Shown: one piece after another, positions 50,831 through 59,780 of the stretch
Layout: every line of letters starts with the position of its first letter
Position numbering within the stretch: the stretch's first letter is position 1
Source of the DNA: Candidatus Bathyarchaeota archaeon
Lineage (GTDB): Archaea; Thermoproteota; Bathyarchaeia; 40CM-2-53-6
Length of the DNA: 64,000 nt
Direction of reading: 5' to 3'
Assembly (NCBI GenBank): GCA_963733055.1
Contig: CAVTBR010000002.1
Coordinates: 288,001 to 352,000 of the forward strand
Translations under genes and position numbers: made by a program
The notes under the pieces: generated by a model
Seen by the model: only the letters and a program-made list of their open reading frames with translations
What the model was told of the DNA's origin: nothing
Databases searched by the model: none

Positions 50831-50910
50831 TAATGGGTTGGTAATGGGTTGGTTGCTAATCATCAAATCGTGCAAAAGCGTAAATTCAGACCCGTACAAA
50901 ACAGGATTCT

Positions 50911-53900
50911 ATGAGCTGGTTTCCAATCGGTCCGAATTTAGTATTCGCCCCCCGCGATGGTAACTTCAAGCGGCTCTCACGCAGGAACGAGTTTGGAAGG
51001 CAGGGCATGGTCTCGAATATCGCGATTGACCCCACGGACCCGGGAACAATTTACGTAGTCGAGACGCCGGGCTCAGGCGGGGCTTCGGCTTTTCGAACAA
51101 CGGACAATGGAAACTCTTGGGTGTGCATCACGGATACGCTTGAACAGACTTATCCCTCCGCTGGGCCACTCATCCCAACAAGCATCACGGTTAATCCATC
51201 AAACCGAGCAACGATTTACATGGGTGATAATTCGGGGAACTTCTATGTTTCAAACGATCAAGGGGATTCGTGGAGTGCGGGTACTAACGTGGGGTTTTTT
51301 GGCCTCTTCAAGCTGATTGTGGATCCACGGACGGCGAACGTTCCGGCGACAACGGTAATACTGGCAGCGAGCAACAGCGGCGTGTACTGCTCAGCTAACG
51401 GAGGCACCAGCTGGACTAACGTACTTCCGGGGGTTGCAACGTGTTTGGCCGCCTACATGCCTCCCAGCGGAACCGATCAATACTACGCAGGAGTGGCGAA
51501 TGATCAGGCGCCCGGGGGTACACCGGCGGGAGTTTATGGTGCAACAAATCCAACCGGCCCTTGGACCAATTTAAACAGCCAAGGTATTGGGTTGCCGGCC
51601 TGTGTCGCGGGGAATTTCGCGGAAGTTCTCGTTGATTACTGCCCACTCAATCCGAGTCGGGTTTACGTCTGGCTTGCAAATGCAGGTAAAACAGTCGGAA
51701 TATACACAACATCATCTCCCCTCACGTCGTGGACGCAGATCACGGGTGGGACGCCTCCGGACCCGGGGCAGGTCTTTTATTCCTATGTCTTTTCCGTCGC
51801 ACCGAATTCGCCCGGAGATGGCCTGAACGACATCCTGTTTTTCGCCGGGGTAAACCTGTACCGCTCAACCAACGCGGGACAAACGTGGCAAGCAGAAGCT
51901 CCTGCCATCTTTCATGATGATCAACACGCCTTCGCGTTTTTTCCTTCTATTCCACTGGCCGGAGTGATCCCAACTATGTACGTCGGCTGCGACGGCGGGA
52001 TCTCTATGAGCGATGGGGCGTGTGATCCCAATTTCGCTTTTGCAACTACGGCAACCTATTTCGACGAGTTGGACAACTACACAGACCTAGGCCTACGTCA
52101 AACCCTCAATCACGGAAAGCAAAGCAGTGCTGTATATCAGTATAACAGTGACTCCGGGGTCAGTGCGCTCGGTTACATCGGATGCCAAGACACAGGAGTC
52201 GCCGCCGGAGCAGGCGCTCTCGGCTGGCGGGGCATTATTGACCTAGATTTCTCTTCGATCGCCATCGCGCAGGGCTCGAATAGTGTGATCGTTTGGGCGT
52301 ACTCCTTCAGCTATGCTGAAACCATGATCTTTTTCGATAAGGGTGAATACGCGCCGAATTCGAAAGCCGTCACTCTCGGGGTCGGGGGCGCCGCCCCGGT
52401 TACCGGTATGAGCAACTTTGTTGCGGGACTGGATAAGAAATGCTTGGCGGGTCTTGAAGTTCAAGAAACGACAACCTTGAGCGCAGCCATTATAGCGACT
52501 GGCTTGCAAACGGCGACACCATCGGCCATGATCAACATTGTGGCCGGCATGCAAGTGGATATTGATAGTGGAACCAGCATAGAGTCGGTCAACGTGATTT
52601 CAACCACGGCGACCACATTCAACGCCAATTTTTCTAAGACACATTTCGCTGGTGTCGCTATCCAGTTTTGGTTGAACTTCGTTGGGCGAATCGACCAGAG
52701 CGGCGTCGCATCACAAATCAGTCAACAAATGGTGGATGAGGTGAACATCGTCGCTGCGCATCCCACGAACGCGGATATTCTATATTGCGGAACCTTGCTT
52801 CAACAGCGGTTGCTTTCAACCAACAGTGGCTCGACGGCTGACGCATCGACCGTCTGGACGGAGGCCACCGCGGGCAGACCGACTAACCTTAAAATTAGTT
52901 CGATCGCAATCGACGGCCTCGGAAACGTGTTCGTTCTGCTCCAGACCCCTGTGACCGTGGTCGGATCTCCGATAACGACGCCCCTGTTTCAAATCACCGG
53001 TGGAACCAACTGGGTTCCGCTAGGCTGCTCCAATCTCCCGACAGAATCTCAAAATTACGGAAAGCTGGTCGCCGATCCCGTGCAACCGAACACCCTCTAC
53101 GCGAGCTATGGGGGGCACGTGTACCAACTCACTTTGAACGCCGGAACCTGGAACTGGCAGGACATCAGCGACAATCTTCCCAGGCAGGTCATTCTGGATC
53201 TCTGGATAGGCAACATCGGTACTGGTGCTTCGCCTAAGGTTCTGCTGCGAGCGGCGATACCTACGCGCGGAGTTTGGGAGCGGGACGTCACCGCCGGAGC
53301 TACCCCGCCAGCAATCGCCCTATACGTGCGCGACAACACTCTCGACCAGGGCTGGCTTCCCCGCTCTCCCGAGGGTGTACCCGACCCCTATAATCCTGGA
53401 GACACAAAATCGATACTCTACCATTACATGTGCGCGGATATCAAGGTCGACGCCCAAGTGCCGGGAACCGCATCGGTAGCTCCATATTTCCAGACTGACC
53501 CGGAGAGTCCACCTCCGATCACGGGTGTCCTCTTCGATGAATTGAAGGACAACAGCCAGAACCTTCCCGGTTCCGACCAAGCCCTGATTCACGTTCAGGT
53601 ACACAACCGTAGCATCACACCCGCTAACAATGTTTCTGTTTGGGCTATCTACTGCAGTGCGGCGGCCGGTTTGCCAGCCCTGAACAAAAGCCCGTCGATG
53701 GGAAACGCCTTCAACTTCTGGAGCCAATTCACAGGCACAGGTCAAGTTGTTCCCAACCTGCCTGCCGACAGCCCTTGGCATTCGGTCGGATCACCTCAAA
53801 TACTCTCCGGGATAGCCGCCGCAGCACCGAAGGTCGCATCTTTGAACTGGACGATCCCCACGCTCGCGTCCGGCGATCCCGGACACTATTGCATCGCGGT

Positions 53901-54687
53901 CTTCATTCACCACGCTATCAGCCCTGTGAACGAGACTAGCATGGATGTTGATGATATCACGCCACGGAACCGGCAGGTAGGGCAGAAAAACCTCCAGATC
54001 GGCGCGCCGCTGCCGCCCGGCCCCAAACCCCTGAGTGGTCCGCCGCATCTAGGGCAGTTGGAGTTCGTCGAGTTTCACAATCCGAACGCCGCAGTGCGAG
54101 AGGCGAACCTCGTCATCGACTTGCGTGGACTACCGCCCCAACTTTCCACTTCCTTCGAACTAAGCCACATCGATTCGATGAGACCTTTGCCGCAATCGTT
54201 CACGGGAGTCGCTCGAACCCGTAAAGAGAATCCAGAGGACTTCATCGAAGGTGACGGGGAAGAGTGCCGTTGTTTTGAGAACCTTTCGCGGGAACTCGCC
54301 GGGGTAGAGAGGGTCCGCTGCGATTGCGAACAGCACGACAAGCTTCCACACCTGGAGCCGATTGTTTATGAGGCTGAACCCTCCGAGCGCGTAGAAATAA
54401 AGGGCATTCGTATTCCAGGATATGGATTCATCACCGCGGCGATCAACATTCGCAATACAGGACAACTCAAGGCAGGCATAAAATTCCAATTCCAGGTTCA
54501 GCAGATAGTGAAAGGCGCCGTGGTTGGCGGCAGTGTCTATGTGGTACGGACCGCCGGCACGCCCGAACTGAAGCCTCAAAAAGAATTGCAAGAGGAGGGC
54601 AGCCGATCTCGATTGGGATACATCCCACCCTGGGCGCAGCTGCATGTTGCGGAACGCCAGAAGCGTCTAGGGAAAAGCGAGAGGTAG
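50911..54687 (+). CDS. Large Asp-box (BNR) beta-propeller protein with C-terminal beta-sandwich domain
   Basis: RTTDNGNSW, VSNDQGDSW, CSANGGTSW, RSTNAGQTW; C-terminal LYVRDN..D.G, VQVHNR, HYCI, QKNL. Confidence 0.85.
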   Translation: MSWFPIGPNLVFAPRDGNFKRLSRRNEFGRQGMVSNIAIDPTDPGTIYVVETPGSGGASAFRTTDNGNSWVCITDTLEQTYPSAGPLIPTSITVNPSNRATIYMGDNSGNFYVSNDQGDSWSAGTNVGFFGLFKLIVDPRTANVPATTVILAASNSGVYCSANGGTSWTNVLPGVATCLAAYMPPSGTDQYYAGVANDQAPGGTPAGVYGATNPTGPWTNLNSQGIGLPACVAGNFAEVLVDYCPLNPSRVYVWLANAGKTVGIYTTSSPLTSWTQITGGTPPDPGQVFYSYVFSVAPNSPGDGLNDILFFAGVNLYRSTNAGQTWQAEAPAIFHDDQHAFAFFPSIPLAGVIPTMYVGCDGGISMSDGACDPNFAFATTATYFDELDNYTDLGLRQTLNHGKQSSAVYQYNSDSGVSALGYIGCQDTGVAAGAGALGWRGIIDLDFSSIAIAQGSNSVIVWAYSFSYAETMIFFDKGEYAPNSKAVTLGVGGAAPVTGMSNFVAGLDKKCLAGLEVQETTTLSAAIIATGLQTATPSAMINIVAGMQVDIDSGTSIESVNVISTTATTFNANFSKTHFAGVAIQFWLNFVGRIDQSGVASQISQQMVDEVNIVAAHPTNADILYCGTLLQQRLLSTNSGSTADASTVWTEATAGRPTNLKISSIAIDGLGNVFVLLQTPVTVVGSPITTPLFQITGGTNWVPLGCSNLPTESQNYGKLVADPVQPNTLYASYGGHVYQLTLNAGTWNWQDISDNLPRQVILDLWIGNIGTGASPKVLLRAAIPTRGVWERDVTAGATPPAIALYVRDNTLDQGWLPRSPEGVPDPYNPGDTKSILYHYMCADIKVDAQVPGTASVAPYFQTDPESPPPITGVLFDELKDNSQNLPGSDQALIHVQVHNRSITPANNVSVWAIYCSAAAGLPALNKSPSMGNAFNFWSQFTGTGQVVPNLPADSPWHSVGSPQILSGIAAAAPKVASLNWTIPTLASGDPGHYCIAVFIHHAISPVNETSMDVDDITPRNRQVGQKNLQIGAPLPPGPKPLSGPPHLGQLEFVEFHNPNAAVREANLVIDLRGLPPQLSTSFELSHIDSMRPLPQSFTGVARTRKENPEDFIEGDGEECRCFENLSRELAGVERVRCDCEQHDKLPHLEPIVYEAEPSERVEIKGIRIPGYGFITAAINIRNTGQLKAGIKFQFQVQQIVKGAVVGGSVYVVRTAGTPELKPQKELQEEGSRSRLGYIPPWAQLHVAERQKRLGKSER

Positions 54688-54778
54688 GCTACAGCCGTGA
54701 AACTGAGCGACCAAAATGCTTACCATGCGATTTGGACTCCTCAGAATTCGACTTCGACATTAGAAGGGAAATAGGGGG

Positions 54779-55531
54779 ATGGGAGATTTTCTTCCCTTGG
54801 TTGACTTGCCTTTGAAATTGATTCAAGACTACATCACAAGAATCCAAGAAGCAAAGGACAGACGCAGGGATCAAGTAGTGATCACACTAACCAAATTATT
54901 GGAACTCATACAGATTCACTGCAATGCGATTGACGACGTAGTAGCGCCACTTTTGGAAGTGCGCGATTTAATGAGCACATGTCGCAATTACCGAAGACTC
55001 GCGTATAACGCCTATTTTCCAGTGACATACGGTCTTCTGAAAGGCCAGCTCGAACGAGCACGCGAAGGGAAGCAGTTCCGGAAAGAAGAAATGCACAAGC
55101 AACTTGACGGCGTCCTTTCCTGGACCGCAGGCTTTCAGTCGAAAGCCTTTCTATTGGAAATTGACAGTTATAATATGGCAACGAACTTCAGTTGGGTAGC
55201 TCGGCACTGGGTGTCCTTACCACCCGAACCGGAGTTGGCCTCTGCGTCTACCGAACCGAAAACAACAAGATCTAATTTTCAAGGATTAGATCTTCCCGAC
55301 CTTGGCACGGTATTGGCGTCTTTCAAACTCTCCTACCAAATATTTCAACCTGGAGCCGAGCTTACCAATATTGTGGCTGCATGCCAATCCCAATTGTCAC
55401 AGATTGTCTCCAAGTGGTGCGAAGGATGGCAATTTGCCGTTCACCAATACGTTACAGGAGGAGGAGGACTCCCATTCATCAAAGGGATAGCGAACACAAT
55501 CGGGAACCTATTGGTCAAAAGCTACGAATAG
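54779..55531 (+). CDS. Hypothetical helical protein
   Basis: 250-aa ORF with GGGGG RBS-like stretch. Confidence 0.65.
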   Translation: MGDFLPLVDLPLKLIQDYITRIQEAKDRRRDQVVITLTKLLELIQIHCNAIDDVVAPLLEVRDLMSTCRNYRRLAYNAYFPVTYGLLKGQLERAREGKQFRKEEMHKQLDGVLSWTAGFQSKAFLLEIDSYNMATNFSWVARHWVSLPPEPELASASTEPKTTRSNFQGLDLPDLGTVLASFKLSYQIFQPGAELTNIVAACQSQLSQIVSKWCEGWQFAVHQYVTGGGGLPFIKGIANTIGNLLVKSYE

Positions 55532-55597
55532 AAACAAAAGGAACAGCAATAAGCTCCAATATGCTTTGGTCAATCTGCCCAAGATCGAAGGGGCTCT

Positions 55598-55759
55598 TCA
55601 CACTTTTAGTTCTCCTCTCCGTATGATTATGTTGCCTCTTTCGTCTTCTAGATAGGCGAGGGTGTCACCTACGGCAATCTTGAGTTTCTTCCGAACGACA
55701 TCCGTCAGGGTCACTCTGCAGTGGTCTTGCACTTTGCAGTCGTCAATGATCCTGTTCGT
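55598..55759 (-). pseudogene. AbrB-family paralogue 1 (ACG at the expected start)
   Basis: NRIIDDCKVQDHCRVTLTDVVRKKLKIAVGDTLAYLEDERGNIIIRRGELKV*. Confidence 0.7.
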
Positions 55760-56098
55760 GGTAGCGTTCAGGTCGAAAATGGAAAAGCAAGGGCCGCGCT
55801 CGTCGGAGTATTGGTGGAGAACACGATGAGCCGGGCCGCAAGAGCCAGCTACGAAGTATCGGGGACAAAATATGACACGACGAGAAAAGGCAAACGGCTC
55901 ATTCTCAAAGAAACCGGACACGACTCCACAACCTGCCCGCTGTGCGAAAGCCGCAACGACATCGCCGGGGAATGCAAGCAGCAGCCGCGAACTAATCTAG
56001 AACGCCATCTGCTGACGCATTTCAATGCGAAAGAGCACGTTATTGCCGGGCAAGCGCCGGAGACCACGACCTACAAACAGACTAGGGGTGAAGGATGA
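55760..56098 (+). pseudogene. C2H2 Zn-finger gene remnant
   Basis: CPLC...LERHLLTHF; resembles 50530-50830. Confidence 0.5.
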
Positions 56099-56480
56099 GA
56101 TACGATGCGACAACACCTAGGATGAAGAACAGAGTATTCAGAAAGAACGTAAGCCAGAACGACCGTTCGTCGTGCACGGCTAGTCTGATGAGTTCGAACA
56201 ACGCCTGCTTCTGCTCTTTGCTAAACGGAGGGAGTTTTCCCTCGAGCTTTTCGGTTTTCCTCATCTTCTTGAAAGCCATTTTGCTGTGTTTTTCTTCGTG
56301 TCGGGAGATCAGGTATGCGGTTCCGATGTTGAGAACTAGCATGACGATCGTAGCGCCGATGATTTCAAGTAACATGAGTATTCCTTTCAGAATTAATGCT
56401 ACCGCGCAGACGAACACTGCTACGACGGACACGACGGCCAGGAGCTTCCTCTGGTTTTCCTTGAACTCGCGTCCGCTCAT
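56082..56480 (-). CDS. 3-TM membrane protein
   Basis: Hydrophobic N- and C-terminal helices. Confidence 0.7.
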   Translation of the reverse strand: MSGREFKENQRKLLAVVSVVAVFVCAVALILKGILMLLEIIGATIVMLVLNIGTAYLISRHEEKHSKMAFKKMRKTEKLEGKLPPFSKEQKQALFELIRLAVHDERSFWLTFFLNTLFFILGVVASYLILHP

Positions 56481-56501
56481 TTCGAGTTCTCGCCTCCAGT
56501 A

Positions 56502-56663
56502 TCACACTTTGAGCTCGGCTTTCTTGATCATGATGTTGCCCCGCTCATCCTCCACATAAGCCAAGGTGTCACCAACAGCTATCTTCAGTCTCTTCCTGAC
56601 GGCATCGGTCAAGGTGACCCTGTAGTGGTCTTGAACTATGCTCGTATCCAGTATCTTCGTCAT
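56502..56663 (-). CDS. AbrB-family paralogue 2 (53 aa, not in ORF track)
   Basis: MTKILDTSIVQDHYRVTLTDAVRKRLKIAVGDTLAYVEDERGNIMIKKAELKV*. Confidence 0.85.
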   Translation of the reverse strand: MTKILDTSIVQDHYRVTLTDAVRKRLKIAVGDTLAYVEDERGNIMIKKAELKV

Positions 56664-56701
56664 GCCGTGGTGAAGTGGGATTAACCCAGATAGGGCTGTG
56701 C

Positions 56702-56724
56702 GGGAAAATGGGAAAATGGGAAAG
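56702..56724. repeat. 8-bp-period tandem repeat upstream of AbrB paralogue 2
   Basis: GGGAAAAT GGGAAAAT GGGAAAG. Confidence 0.7.
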
Positions 56725-56796
56725 CCCTATTAGTTTTCAGATACTATAAGACCCTGACTGGAATTGGGCAAAATCGCCTTCCCGCCCCGCCGCCTG

Positions 56797-56961
56797 TCAC
56801 ACCTTGACGTCCGGCTTCCTGACAAGCACGTTTCCCTTGTCGTCGAGGACCCACGCGATCAGGTCGTTCTCCTTGACTTTCAGTATCTTCCGAACGTTTT
56901 CGGTCATCGTTATGCGGTAAGATGACTGCACTTGGGTGTAGTCAAGTATCCTATTTGCCAT
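56797..56961 (-). CDS. AbrB-family paralogue 3 (54 aa, not in ORF track)
   Basis: MANRILDYTQVQSSYRITMTENVRKILKVKENDLIAWVLDDKGNVLVRKPDVKV*. Confidence 0.85.
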   Translation of the reverse strand: MANRILDYTQVQSSYRITMTENVRKILKVKENDLIAWVLDDKGNVLVRKPDVKV

Positions 56962-56991
56962 GCCCGCCACCAGCCCCGTCTATCCGGACCA

Positions 56992-57045
56992 TTATATAAC
57001 GGTGTTCCGGTGTTCCGGCGTTACAGCGTTACGGCTGGGTTTATA
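56992..57045. promoter_or_regulatory. Divergent TATA boxes enclosing an 8-bp-period repeat array
   Basis: TTATATAA, then CGGTGTTC CGGTGTTC CGGCGTTA CAGCGTTA CGGC, then TTTATA. Confidence 0.65.
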
Positions 57046-57085
57046 CGCAACTGGCTAGGGCCCGTGGGCCCGCGAAGTGTTTCGG

Positions 57086-57226
57086 ATGAGTAGAATTATC
57101 GTCGTGGTCTTGGTTCCGAGAACGGACTTGGAGGTTTCGGACGAGGCTCTGGAGGTGCTGGTGCGCGAGCGGCTCAGCGGATTTGCGCCGGAGTTGGAGG
57201 TCGAGCACATTGCAATCGTCGAATAG
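57086..57226 (+). CDS. 46-aa small protein (not in ORF track)
   Basis: MSRIIVVVLVPRTDLEVSDEALEVLVRERLSGFAPELEVEHIAIVE*, about 40 nt after TTTATA. Confidence 0.55.
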   Translation: MSRIIVVVLVPRTDLEVSDEALEVLVRERLSGFAPELEVEHIAIVE

Positions 57227-58892
57227 ATCGAGCCTCGTGGCGGTCCTGTTCCTCGCCCTAACGCTTGCCCTGCTCTTGATGGAGATCGGGACGCTCCCGG
57301 CGGCGGGGCAGACGACGCAAATAGTGGACGTCACCATCGACAGCGCTCCCGAGCACGGGCCGGGCAACTACTTCGTTTTCGTGGACAACGTCTTCATTCC
57401 GACGCCATCCATTTACAGCTGGCACGTGGGCGAAACCCATCTGCTGACCGCCGCCATAGAGACCCGCGCTGACGTGGACTGCTCGGTCCACCAATGCGAT
57501 TATTGGTTCACGAGTTGGAGCGACAACGGCTTTCGCAATCACACCATCACCGTTACCCCCACGACGACGTCCTACACGGCGTTCTTCGTCAAGCGGGACT
57601 ACGTCTATGTGTCGGGGTCGCCGGCAGAACTCAGCGACATACAGGTCGACGGAGCGCCGCTCGCCAACAATCCACAATTTTTTGGCTGGATGCCCGGCAG
57701 CACCCACGACCTGACGGCGCTCAACACGCGAGGGCTCTTCGTTAACTGGTCGTCGCCGAGTCTTAACTCGGTCTATATGAACCGCATCACATACACCGCG
57801 CCAAGCGACGGTGAGAACGTCACCGCCTACTTTGTGGCGGGCAACACCACCACGACGCAGACGACCACGGTCACCACGCCGCCGCCGAACACGGAGGAAA
57901 TAACGGTGACGACGAACCCGTCGAGCCAGGGCATCATCTCGGTGGACGGCACCACCATCGACACTCCGCAGATATATGATTGGCAAATCGGATCGAGCCA
58001 CTACCTGGTCGCGCCGCAGATCGCGCCCGGAATGAACTGCGACGGCTGCCAGTATGATTTCCTTTATTGGTACGCATCGAGCTCGCGGGAACACGACTCC
58101 AACCTATTCTTGTATACGGTGCCGAACTGGTCTGAGACCGTAACCGCCTTCTATCAGCTTCAGACCTCGACCACGAGCGCGTCCACAACGACGACGGTCA
58201 CTGTTTCTTCGACCGCGAGCTCGCAGACCGCCAGTCCCGACTTCGCCCTTTCCGCTTCGCCCTCGTCGGTCTCGCTGCCTCCGAACAACTACCTCGGCTC
58301 TGTCGGTTTCACTCTGGCACTTTCGAGCGTTTCGGGATGGACCGGCCCTGTCCAGTTAACGGCATCGGCCTTGCCGGCGGGAGTGACGCTCTCCAATCTT
58401 CCGCTGTCGTATCAGCTGGGCGCGGGCGGGGCGGCGTCATGGACCATTTTCGTCAACATTTCGCCCTCGGCCCCGGCGGGCACCTACCAGCTCGTCATCA
58501 CGGGCCTGAGCGGCTCTCTGGTCCACTCCGCCGCGGTGACGATAACCGTGTCAAGCCCCAGCACCGCTGTGCCCGAGTTTCCGCAGTCCACATTAGGAGT
58601 TTTGGCGGTTTGCCTCGCCTTCGTGCCACTTCTCATTAGGCGCAGCTTCCGCCGCGCTCCCTGTCTGCGGCGCAACCCTTCCGTGATATGCGCGGTCCGC
58701 CTCCGTCGAGGTCATGCAAAGAGAGCGTTGCCCGCGCTGCGGATCGCTGCTTTACTTCGGAACAAGGATGCAGATCCCAAAGCCCGGTGGAGGCTTCAAG
58801 ACGAGTGTGTTCAAACAGTGCGAATGCTGCCACTTGACGACCGACGAGGTTTTCGACGACGGGAGAGTCGTGTTCACTTGACCTTTGCCTAA
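57210..58892 (+). CDS. Cell-surface protein with repeated beta domains, Thr/Ser linkers and PEF sorting signal; true end probably about 58650-58690
   Basis: Signal peptide; three VD..TP..Y/F.W..GS.H.L.A repeats; VPEFP-TM-RRSFRR. Confidence 0.8.
   Translation: MQSSNRSSLVAVLFLALTLALLLMEIGTLPAAGQTTQIVDVTIDSAPEHGPGNYFVFVDNVFIPTPSIYSWHVGETHLLTAAIETRADVDCSVHQCDYWFTSWSDNGFRNHTITVTPTTTSYTAFFVKRDYVYVSGSPAELSDIQVDGAPLANNPQFFGWMPGSTHDLTALNTRGLFVNWSSPSLNSVYMNRITYTAPSDGENVTAYFVAGNTTTTQTTTVTTPPPNTEEITVTTNPSSQGIISVDGTTIDTPQIYDWQIGSSHYLVAPQIAPGMNCDGCQYDFLYWYASSSREHDSNLFLYTVPNWSETVTAFYQLQTSTTSASTTTTVTVSSTASSQTASPDFALSASPSSVSLPPNNYLGSVGFTLALSSVSGWTGPVQLTASALPAGVTLSNLPLSYQLGAGGAASWTIFVNISPSAPAGTYQLVITGLSGSLVHSAAVTITVSSPSTAVPEFPQSTLGVLAVCLAFVPLLIRRSFRRAPCLRRNPSVICAVRLRRGHAKRALPALRIAALLRNKDADPKARWRLQDECVQTVRMLPLDDRRGFRRRESRVHLTFA
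58714..58881 (+). CDS. 55-aa Zn-ribbon protein (not in ORF track)
   Basis: MQRERCPRCGSLL...KQCECCHL...*; GAGGT RBS upstream. Confidence 0.65.
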   Translation: MQRERCPRCGSLLYFGTRMQIPKPGGGFKTSVFKQCECCHLTTDEVFDDGRVVFT

Positions 58893-58940
58893 TTCTCTGG
58901 GCCAGAGTGAGGCTGTCCGATCTGCCTATCGTCAATCGTG

Positions 58941-59780
58941 CTACAACCATTTTGCGAGATCGTGAATTTTGAAGTAGTCACGAATGTAATTCTCTTTTCT
59001 CCACTTCTCCAAGTTCCTTGCAATGCCGGGAAGGACTTCTTGGGCCTTGGTCTGCCATACGAAGAGCATCAGGTAATAGATGGGGACTTTGTGCGCAATT
59101 TCCTCCACTATGGTGTAGAGAACGTTTCGATAACCGAATGCGGTAACGCGCTTCATGTAGAACTCGGCGAGGTCGCCACTGGGCCACAAACTTCTCCATT
59201 CTTCGGTTCCAAAAAACCTGTCGTTTTGTGCGAGCGCGGTCTGACCTCTTGGCGCATTCGGGTCATCAAGCCATCCGGCGTTTCTCTTGATTCTTCCGAT
59301 CGGGAAGTTCACTAGAAGCTCGGGCACTCTTACCTGGCCGCTCGTCTGGTATCGGTAACTGTGTTGGGCTATGGCTTGGACTGTTTCCCAGTATAGTTCT
59401 CCCGGGTGAGTTGGATCGATAAATCCGAGGCTGTGGAAATGAGGCGGTATCTCCGGCAGGATTTCCGAAATTTTGGCGTTAGAATCGCCCGCGATGAATG
59501 TCACGTGTCCGCATGGGTTGATGTTTGATTTGACGTTACTTTCAAGCTCGGCAAGACGCTCCTTCTCGACCAGCACGCACCTGAAATGGGCGGGGCTGCT
59601 GGCGGCTATTAGAGCAGAACCAAACTGCTTCGAGCCGTCCGGAAACTCGGCGAGTCCGTCACCCGCATGGGTTTCAAAGTAGGTAAACCTGTCCGGCGCC
59701 TTCAGGTGCACCTTGCTGCAAATGGTCAGCCAATACCTGAGCATGTGCAGCTTGATCTTAGTGTGGTGTGCGAAGATCAA
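58941..59780 (-). CDS. tcmP: Three-Cys-motif partner protein TcmP-like (methyltransferase-like fold)
   Basis: HTKIKL..L..W, YFETHAGDG, GSAL, GDSN, FIDP, ELLVNF, FFGTEEW; overlaps DUF5131 gene. Confidence 0.82.
   Translation of the reverse strand: MIFAHHTKIKLHMLRYWLTICSKVHLKAPDRFTYFETHAGDGLAEFPDGSKQFGSALIAASSPAHFRCVLVEKERLAELESNVKSNINPCGHVTFIAGDSNAKISEILPEIPPHFHSLGFIDPTHPGELYWETVQAIAQHSYRYQTSGQVRVPELLVNFPIGRIKRNAGWLDDPNAPRGQTALAQNDRFFGTEEWRSLWPSGDLAEFYMKRVTAFGYRNVLYTIVEEIAHKVPIYYLMLFVWQTKAQEVLPGIARNLEKWRKENYIRDYFKIHDLAKWL

Noticed and set aside
56702-57035. CRISPR array or iteron origin
   Set aside because: Repeats are 8-bp tandem units without spacers; no cas or rep gene is recognisable in the window
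58824-58833. Fifth SRP att-like copy (ATGCTGCCAC)
   Set aside because: Only 10 bp, and it encodes the ECCH stretch of a Zn-ribbon ORF; chance match likely
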